Assembly (NCBI GenBank): GCA_002269645.1
Contig: NIVC01004106.1
Span: 1-60,558 of the forward strand
DNA from: Macrostomum lignano
Lineage: Eukaryota
Reading direction: 5' to 3'
DNA length: 60,558 nucleotides
Shown: one piece after another, positions 50,382 through 57,874 of the stretch
How positions within the stretch are numbered: the stretch's first letter is position 1
How the letters are laid out: each line of letters opens with the position of its first letter
Notes under the pieces: model-generated
What the model was told of the DNA's origin: nothing
What the model saw: only the letters and a program-made list of their open reading frames with translations
Database searches by the model: none
Program-made: the position numbers and the translations under genes

Positions 50382-51452
50382 ATGATGGAGAAAATTTATT
50401 TGAAACCTGAGCAACCGGCTAGTTTTTCTTGTGCCTCAAAGTTGCTGCATGAAGTGAGGCAAAGAGGTGATCGAATATCTGCAAAGAGCATTGAGCAGTG
50501 GCTCAGCGAGCAGCAAGTGCACACTCTGCACAAGCCAGCTAGGAGGCGATATCCAAGGGCCCCAATCATAGTGCGCGCAATCGATGATCAGTGGGAACTT
50601 GACTTAGTGGAAATGATTCCATTCGCAAAGCATAATAAAGGCTACAAATATATTCTCACATGCATTGACGTGCTCTCAAAATGTGCTTGGGCCAAGGCAC
50701 TGAAAAATAAATCTGCTGCAGAAGTGAAGTCAGCATTCGAGAGCATACTGAGAAGTTCAAAGCGACAGCCACGCACAGTTCGCACAGATCAGGGGAAGGA
50801 ATTTATCAACTCCACTTTCCGTCAATACTGCATTGACAGAGGGATTCTGGCTTTCCCAACTAACAGCGAGCAGAAGGCGGCTGTCATTGAGCGATGGAAT
50901 CGAACTCTGAAAAGTAGAATGTGGCGCTACTTCACCTACAAGAGCACACTGCACTGGCTTGATGTGCTGCCTAAGCTGGTAAAATCCTACAACAATACCT
51001 ACCACAGAAGCATCAAAATGGCACCCACTAGTGTCTGCAAAGAGAATGAATCTGAAGTGTGGATGAACCTGTACGATGGAAAAGCAGTCGAGACTCTAGA
51101 AAAATTAAAGGAGCCTAAGTTCGCTGAAAACCAGTCAGTGAGAATTTCCAATGCTCCACGGATATTCAAAAAGGGATACAAAGCGAGCTGGAGTGAGGAA
51201 GTGTACACCGTGGTGAGCAGAGCCCCAAAACATTATCCCTACATGTACAAGATTAAAGACATGCGGGGGCAAGAGATTCGAGGACTCTTCCATGAGCACG
51301 AGCTGCAGGCTGTCCCGGACTCACAGCGGCTGTATGTGATTGAGAAGATCCTGAAAACGGAGAAGCGGAAGGGAAAAATTCGCTATCTGGTGAAATGGGC
51401 GGGCTACGACTCGACTGGCTGGGTGGATGAAAAAGACTTAAGAAAGGTTTAG
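50382..51452 (+). CDS. Retroviral-like (rve) DDE integrase with C-terminal chromodomain
   Basis: WELDLVEM, CIDVLSK, RTDQGKEF, IERWNRTLK; chromodomain YVIEKIL..YLVKWAGY..WV. Confidence 0.95.
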   Translation: MMEKIYLKPEQPASFSCASKLLHEVRQRGDRISAKSIEQWLSEQQVHTLHKPARRRYPRAPIIVRAIDDQWELDLVEMIPFAKHNKGYKYILTCIDVLSKCAWAKALKNKSAAEVKSAFESILRSSKRQPRTVRTDQGKEFINSTFRQYCIDRGILAFPTNSEQKAAVIERWNRTLKSRMWRYFTYKSTLHWLDVLPKLVKSYNNTYHRSIKMAPTSVCKENESEVWMNLYDGKAVETLEKLKEPKFAENQSVRISNAPRIFKKGYKASWSEEVYTVVSRAPKHYPYMYKIKDMRGQEIRGLFHEHELQAVPDSQRLYVIEKILKTEKRKGKIRYLVKWAGYDSTGWVDEKDLRKV

Positions 51453-51489
51453 CTTTGGCACATCCCTCATCTTGAAGTTTATCATTATA

Positions 51490-52299
51490 ATGCGAACTAT
51501 TTTGATTAACAGTGAGCATGCTGAAGGTACTCCTTGTGACTTTAATTTTTACCTGCCTTCACCTATTTACTTGGATCGAAATGTGGACTATGAGGCAGGT
51601 CTGGCTGAAATCCATCTGCCTGCTGCATGGTTCAATGTTGACGAGCCTTACTGCTTCACTGTCTCAGATGGAAGAGAGCATGAGGCCCTGGTTCTTCAAC
51701 CCGGACGCTTTGCTAGAGTGGAGGAGCTGGTGGAGCGCCTGAATGAGCTGCTGGCCAACTCTGATTCGCTGTTCTTTGATGCAATGAGTGACAGGGAGTC
51801 TGAGATGGAGGCTGATGAGTCCGGCCTGATGGGGCGTAGTGGCAACAGGGAATTCGGTATGAAGTTCGAAATCCACAACTCACGAACTGTGGTGCACAAC
51901 AACACTGCGAGAGCAGAGCTGTTTCTTCCATCTAGTAAAATTCTGCATTGGCTGGGATTTGGAAACCAGGCTGTGAAAATCCAGCCAGGGAGCCGCGTGT
52001 CCGAGCATTGCACTGGCTGCCCGCGCACCAGCTTAATCAATGTGCACTGCAGTATCGTTGAGTCAACTAATTGCAACTGGAGCTCCTTGTTGAGAACAGT
52101 TGGAATGAAAGCCGGCATTGAATGGGGCAACTATCAAACAAAAATATTTAAGAAAACAATATTCTTCCCGATTCAACGAATCAGTCTTCTTCACAGCATT
52201 CGAGTTCAGCTCCGTGACATCTATGGTTGCCCACTGATTGCACAGACTCACAGCCCTGTTCTGCTTACAGTTCAAATTCAGGAGAAACGCATTCAATGA
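51490..52299 (+). CDS. Minor capsid protein (penton)
   Basis: FNFYLPSPIYL..YEAGLAEIHLPAAWFNV; LINVHCSIVES; SIRVQLRDIYG; typical Polinton mCP pattern. Confidence 0.82.
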   Translation: MRTILINSEHAEGTPCDFNFYLPSPIYLDRNVDYEAGLAEIHLPAAWFNVDEPYCFTVSDGREHEALVLQPGRFARVEELVERLNELLANSDSLFFDAMSDRESEMEADESGLMGRSGNREFGMKFEIHNSRTVVHNNTARAELFLPSSKILHWLGFGNQAVKIQPGSRVSEHCTGCPRTSLINVHCSIVESTNCNWSSLLRTVGMKAGIEWGNYQTKIFKKTIFFPIQRISLLHSIRVQLRDIYGCPLIAQTHSPVLLTVQIQEKRIQ

Positions 52300-52673
52300 A
52301 CTACCAGCAGCTAATCCAGCAATATTCGGGGGTGAGGACAGGACACGAAAAGCCTGCACTCTATGGCTGTGGGAGCTTCCCAGGGATCATGACATACCAG
52401 CCTCCGCCAGCGGCTATATCATCATCATCAGCCTCGACGCTTAGCAACGTCAGGCGCAAAAGAAATACTGAAGCAAGTCCGAAACGATTGAAGAAAAAGA
52501 AGGGCACCCGAAAGGCAACTGGTGGAAATCGCAGTAAGAGGTCGAGCAAGGCTAGTGGGAAAAAGCTTAAGAATAGGAAGACGAAAGCAAAGAAGAATAG
52601 AGCAGGCGGAGGAAAGCGAAAGCAAAAAGTCAGCAAGAAAACTGTGAAACGCGTGCTCGACTCTCTGTCATAG
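52296..52673 (+). CDS. Small basic pVII-like core/DNA-binding protein
   Basis: ATG 52296 overlaps the penton stop; LYGCG motif then a K/R-rich C-terminal half; lies between penton and hexon. Confidence 0.65.
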   Translation: MNYQQLIQQYSGVRTGHEKPALYGCGSFPGIMTYQPPPAAISSSSASTLSNVRRKRNTEASPKRLKKKKGTRKATGGNRSKRSSKASGKKLKNRKTKAKKNRAGGGKRKQKVSKKTVKRVLDSLS

Positions 52674-52675
52674 AC

Positions 52676-53958
52676 ATGGCTTACGGATTCAATCCCAGAC
52701 TTGATTTATTTAAGACGCCCGTTCTACAAACCTGCATTGAAAAAGCTACTTATGTTGATATTCACCCAGTTAATTCCATTGTTGCAAACTCTCCCATTGA
52801 ATTTGACTGCCACCAATCTGCCGATGAATACACAGATCTGCTGAATTCTTTTCTTTATATTCGCTGCCGCCTTGTGAGACTGGATGGGGGTTTGCTGAGG
52901 GAGGATGTTCGAGATGGAGATGGCATCATCACCGAGCGCAGAGACAGTGACGTGCACCCAGAAAATTTTGTTCTGTCTACAGCCTTCTCAGATGTAATTG
53001 TGAGCATTAACCAGCGAGTGGTGTCTGGTGGAGACCAGCTCTATCCCTACCATGCGTACTTCAAAGCACTAATGAGCTCATCCGATGCCCAGCAACTAAA
53101 ACTTTACCCTGCTGGCTTCCTGGAGCCGAACTCGGCAGCTGAAGAGCACACGGAGAGCCACAGGGAATCCCAATGGATGGAGTATGCGGGGCCGCTCTTC
53201 AGCGATGTTTTCCAGTGCCCAGTGTTTCTGCTAAGCAATCTGCACCTGCACATCAAACTGGTCCCCAGCGATGGGGCCTTTGCCATCAGAACCCCGAATG
53301 CAAACAACGCGGCATACCGAATGGAAATCTCTCACAGCATTCTGCATCTTCGCCGAGTCAAAGTGATGCCCCACATCAGCCTGGCCCATGAGCAGGGGCT
53401 GACAAACCAAAATGCACTGTATCCCATCGAGCGAACTGAAATGCAGAACTTCATCCTACCCCAGGGTATTCAGTCAAAAAACATTGAAGGATTCACTCAT
53501 GGAAAATTGCCGAAGTTTATCATGCTGGCCTTCGTGAGCCACCGAGCATTCAACGGTCATCATCACGCGAGCCCGTTCCAGTTCCAGAGCTTCAACCTTA
53601 GCCGATTGGCTCTAAAGAAAGGTGGGGAAACCGTGTGCCACGGCGCCTTCACACCTGAAAACAATTCCTTTGTAAGAGAATACTTGCACTACCTGAAAAG
53701 CTGTCAATCTGCAAGCCACACAAACTCGGTCCGTGGATCCCCTACCAGCTCTTCTCCAACAACAGCACGGTGTTTGCATTCGATCTCACACCCGAGGGAG
53801 CGGCTCTGTGGTACGGACAGAAGGAGGGCAACCTGCGGCTGGAGATTCGCTTCCAACAGGCTCTGAATGAAGCGGTGTCCCTGATTGCTATGTGCCTGTA
53901 TGACTCGCTGATTGAGGTCACCAAGCACCGAGAGCTTTTGCTGGACTATTCATCTTAA
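52676..53958 (+). CDS. Major capsid protein (double jelly-roll, hexon-like); one frameshift near 53720
   Basis: LDLF..P; PIEF; LYPYHAYF; LYPIERTE; GKLPKFIMLAFVSHRAFNG..PFQF; second frame VFAFDLTP..GNLRLEIRF. Confidence 0.9.
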
Positions 53959-53963
53959 TTGAC

Positions 53964-54476
53964 ATGGATGCAATTCAACTACTTAATCTCGCCAGAAAAT
54001 TTTTGCCTTACCAAAAATTTCTCATAGTTACTTTACATTTGCGCTATAAAAATTCTCTGCCCTTGAATGTAAAAAGAAAATTTAGATCATCAATTTCCTT
54101 TGAAAACAAGTTTGTTTTTGTCCTACTTCAGCACAATGGCTCATTTGGTCACTGGGTGGTGTGCTATGTTGGGCAAGGAAATCGCATTGAGTTGTTCAAC
54201 TCCCTCGGCTGGGAACCTGAAATTTTATCTTTGGTTTATAATTTGTTTCGAGAGATTAAAACAACTGGCTTTTGGCTCCGAAGCAATATAAACAGAGTTC
54301 AATGTGCTAACTCTAATAAATGCGGAGTGTTTTGCATCTATTTTGCTTATCAAAAGTTTCTGTTCAATCGGTCATTTGAGGGGATTTTGAAGCATTTGCA
54401 TGCTAATGAAAAAAATCATTTGAATGATAGAATCTTACAGAGGTTTGAAGCCAACTTAAGAAAAAGATGTCCGTGA
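53964..54476 (+). CDS. Adenain/Ulp1-like maturation cysteine protease
   Basis: GHWV, ELFNSLG, VQ..SNKCGVFC: the H, (D to N), Q, C order of Polinton PRO. Confidence 0.8.
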   Translation: MDAIQLLNLARKFLPYQKFLIVTLHLRYKNSLPLNVKRKFRSSISFENKFVFVLLQHNGSFGHWVVCYVGQGNRIELFNSLGWEPEILSLVYNLFREIKTTGFWLRSNINRVQCANSNKCGVFCIYFAYQKFLFNRSFEGILKHLHANEKNHLNDRILQRFEANLRKRCP

Positions 54477-54499
54477 TTTCTAATATTTATGCATTAAAC

Positions 54500-55144
54500 A
54501 TGGGAGAAAAGCAAGTTTGCTACGATATCCGCCTCAGGCAGGGAAGCTGCATGATTGTCTGCGGGCCCACCAATGCAGGAAAAACAACCTTTGTCAAACA
54601 CCTGATCCAGTACAGAGACGTCATGTTTGATGTGAAGCCTGGCAGAGTTCTGTGGTACTATGGGATCTCACAGGCAGGCCATGCAGAACTGAGCAGCCTA
54701 GGTGTGCAGCTGCGCCAGGGATTTCCCACCAACATCGAGGCAGCACTTAGGCCCAATGACCTGGTTGTTTTCGATGACTTAATAGAGGAAACTTCAAACT
54801 CTGCTTCAATGCGAAATTTTTTCACAGGAATCGCACATCACTTGCCGTGCTTTTTGGTGATGCTGACTCAGAATATATTTTTCAAGGGAAAAGAGTCGCG
54901 AACAATGAGCTTGAATGTAATGTATTTAGCTATCTTGAAAAACCCCAGAGACCAGCTGCAGATTGCAGCACTGGGCAGGCAGTGCTTTACAGAGAAGCCC
55001 GGCTTTCTGCTGTCAGTGTTCAAGCACGTGACCGCGCAGGGCAGGGGAGCTACCTGTTCCTGATTTTCACCATCAACTCCCGATGAGCTGCGAGTGCGGG
55101 CCAGAATTTTACCCAACCAGCGACCCCATCTTGTATTTGCTTAA
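54500..55144 (+). CDS. A32/FtsK-like genome packaging ATPase; three single-base losses at ~55045-55075
   Basis: Walker A GPTNAGKT; Walker B VVFDD; LTQNIF; KNPRD; restored tail YLFLDFHPSTPDELRVR ends at TAA 55142-55144 in the original frame. Confidence 0.92.
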
Positions 55145-55185
55145 GAAAGTGAAGCTTGTTTTTATCAGCTATTGTTTTCATCGCT

Positions 55186-55524
55186 ATGGAAGTGCTTGAT
55201 TCACATGCAAGTCTTTTTGCGGTTCTTGCGTCACCTAAATATACCGTGCGCTTCAAGCGGCTGTTGATAAAAAATTGTCCAAAAGAAGTGCGTTATTTTC
55301 TTGTCGAGGCCTGCCATAATCTCTTACAAAACAATCTATCGTTTTCGCTCGATGAAAAAGCTGTTCTTGCAAAGTCAAAAGAGATAATTCGAAAAATTAC
55401 TCACAAAAGAAGAAAGACAGACTTGTTGAAGGCTGGCTTCATCAAAATACTCCCGATTCTGCTTAAGCTGGTAAAGAAGAAGAAGCAAAATGAACAAATT
55501 TTCAGAAATGGTTCTGATTCCTAA
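55186..55524 (+). CDS. Conserved small basic Polinton protein with an amphipathic C-terminal helix
   Basis: EACHNLLQNNLSFS..L.K.K.IIRKI..KAGFIKILPILL pattern recurrent in Polintons; position after the ATPase. Confidence 0.65.
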   Translation: MEVLDSHASLFAVLASPKYTVRFKRLLIKNCPKEVRYFLVEACHNLLQNNLSFSLDEKAVLAKSKEIIRKITHKRRKTDLLKAGFIKILPILLKLVKKKKQNEQIFRNGSDS

Positions 55525-56110
55525 AGCAGAGTATGAGATGTTGATGCAGAATTTGAAGCCAAATGAGACTACCACTGAAGCTGACTTGAAGCAGGCTCAG
55601 AAGAAATGCGATGACATCTTGTATGCCGAGGATTGTCCAGAAGATGTGAAAACCGCCATGTACCAAAGTGCAATGCAAAGTTTGCTGGCCAAGCGCAAGC
55701 ACGCTGGAAAAGAAGGAGCACGCAATACTGAAGCCAAGTTGATGAAAACAGAGACACCCCAGATAAGCACCTGGGAAGAGAAGATCAGCAAGTCGGTGCC
55801 ACAGAAATTCAAAACCAGGGCTCGCAGTCTGTGGACGATCCTGTCCACCAATCCAGAGCTGATTCGAGTTTGTGAAAACGGGGAGGTGGAAATCGCAGGC
55901 ACGTCAATCCCTTCCTCAAACATACTGGACTTGATTCAGCACACAGTGAGGGATTCGCCATGTGAGCGTGAACCAGTTGGGTGGAACGAGTTCATCGATT
56001 TTCTGCAGCAGAAAAAGCTTAATGTTCCGCTTTCCGCTATTGGTAAATCAGTTAAGAAGAAAATGGCAACCAGCAGAGGGGTGAACTGGAGAAAGAACAG
56101 GAGAGTCTAG
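55490..56110 (+). CDS. Conserved Polinton hypothetical protein
   Basis: MVLIP start; NGEV.I.G..IPSSNILDL..EPVGWNEF..L..NVPLSAIG pattern typical of Polinton core ORFs. Confidence 0.7.
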   Translation: MNKFSEMVLIPKAEYEMLMQNLKPNETTTEADLKQAQKKCDDILYAEDCPEDVKTAMYQSAMQSLLAKRKHAGKEGARNTEAKLMKTETPQISTWEEKISKSVPQKFKTRARSLWTILSTNPELIRVCENGEVEIAGTSIPSSNILDLIQHTVRDSPCEREPVGWNEFIDFLQQKKLNVPLSAIGKSVKKKMATSRGVNWRKNRRV

Positions 56111-56160
56111 TCAAGGGGTACGGGAGCAACACAGCCTGGCTGAAACTGCCTGCCAGAAAA

Positions 56161-56169
56161 GTATATAAG
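56161..56169 (+). promoter_or_regulatory. TATA box (GTATATAAG) upstream of the DEDD-like and TBP-like genes
   Basis: Identical 9-mer to 49169-49177, 50 nt before ATG 56211. Confidence 0.55.
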
Positions 56170-56210
56170 AAGGTGGACTGACTCCGAAATTTTCGAAGGA
56201 AAGCTGCATC

Positions 56211-56690
56211 ATGAACTACATTGACTTCCAAGGATTCCGTGCAACAGCACAAGCAAAAAATTTGTTGTGAAGGAGTTGGCAGTTGTTCAAATCAGAGCGG
56301 GGAGCTACCGCATTGCTCACCATGTGTACGCACCTCCGTATCCATGGGAGAGAGTCTCACCTGACATGCGAGTTTACTACAGACAGCTATCTAAGAGTCT
56401 GCACCAGTTTAAGTGGAATGATGGAACCCGTCCGTACATGGAACTGGCGGAAGACATTCTGAGCATTGCCAGTGGTCCGATCTGGTCAAATGGGGAAAGG
56501 AAGTCGATTTTTCTGACTGAGCTGCTTGGAAGACAGGTTTATAACCTAGAAGATTTGGGAGCACCCTCGACTGAAGATTCAGATACTGGCTGTGCAGTGA
56601 GAAATTCGTTGCTGCACTACAGTTGGCTTAAGCCAAAGTTCTGCATCAACTTAAGAAGCGAGCAGTGTCCGTGGCACACGAGCAGTAAAG
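56211..56690 (+). CDS. DEDD-exonuclease-like Polinton accessory protein; frameshift in an A run near 56258; C-terminal end uncertain
   Basis: MNYIDFQGF..KFVVKELAV..HVYAPPYPW..HQFKWNDG..Y..VYNLEDLG..CAVRN. Confidence 0.6.
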
Positions 56691-56729
56691 TTGGCAGAAG
56701 CAGATTTGGTGAAGAAGTTGACGATCGAA

Positions 56730-57302
56730 ATGAGCCCACCAGCTACAGCCCTAAGAGTGACCAATCTGGTTGGCGGAGTAGATCTGAGACTGGATGGTGG
56801 CAGGGGCGCTCAGCTGCCTCTACGGGAACTGGCTCTCAGCATGGCTCATGTGATCTACCGGCCCGTCTGGCCCCGGGTGCTCATCAAGCGGATGCGGATT
56901 CCCAGAGTGACTCTCCTACTCTACCCTACTGGGCAACTGAGCATCTGCGGTGCCAAGACCCACGCAGACGCCAAAAGGGCTGCCCGTCGCTTCGTGGCTA
57001 TGCTGCATCGGAGAGTGCCGGCTCAACTGCTGCCTCATCAAACAATTTTGTGTTCGAATTAAAACTATTACTGCTCATGGACAGCTCCCAGTTCATTCCG
57101 CACTTTCCTTATTAATGTTAAAATCAATTATCCCAAACGCCGAATATGAACCAGAATCCTTTTCTGCTTTAATTTTCAATTTAAACTTTTGTAAATGTCT
57201 GCTTTTTCACAGCGGCTCTTTGTTCTCAGTGGAGCTCGGTCCTTGAATCAGTTGCATACCGATAGCATGCGTCTACTCAATGTAGTTCTTTCCATTGAAT
57301 AA
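56730..57302 (+). CDS. TATA-binding-protein (TBP)-like protein, both repeats, split by two compensating frameshifts
   Basis: Repeat 1: VTNLVGGVDL..YRPVWPRVLIKRMRIPRVTLLLYPTGQLSICGAKTHADAKRAARRF. Repeat 2: RIKTITAHG..AEYEPESFSALIF..KCLLFHSG..VLSGARS. Stop TAA 57300-57302 overlaps AATAAA. Confidence 0.85.
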
Positions 57303-57874
57303 AAATAAAGTCAAGTCAAGCAATTTGCCGCAAATATTTCAATGATTAGTGAAAAGTGAATAAAAGGATAAACTTGTATTCTTTACATTCATTTTCCCAG
57401 GCAGACAGCTATGGAACACTTCAAAAACGTATTTAGCCATCACCAAAAGTATCGCAAAACGCATATCAAATCCGAAAGTAAACAATACTACCATCGTTAT
57501 AACAAACGATGTGCACCGAGAGAAGAGAAATAGAAAAGTGATAGAGAAAATATGATTAAAACGCTGATTGAATTTACAGGAACAATTTGTGTCAGATAAA
57601 AACCAAAAACACATTTTAAATAGTAACAAAGCAAAAAAAATGAATTAATATTGTATGAGCGCACTTGCCACAGCTTTATAAAAAGTAAAACTTAAATTGA
57701 TATCAATATTTCACGCCGCAAAAACAAATTGACAGCTAAATCTAGCGCAATTAGCCAAGCATACAAATTTGTAAAAGTTACTACATGCAAGTCACTACAT
57801 TTAAAACAGAATTTGGCAATTTAAACAACTCTAAAAGCAAGAAAAAGTACTAAACAGTCTGTTAAACACCCGCA

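Noticed and set aside
56690-57115. C-terminal half of the 282-aa ORF 56267-57115 as real protein
   Set aside because: It overlaps the TBP-like frame, which has the conserved motifs; most likely read-through from a lost stop or frameshift.
57339-57629. 96-aa hydrophobic minus-strand ORF
   Set aside because: AT-rich intergenic sequence between convergent genes, non-ATG start, no motifs.
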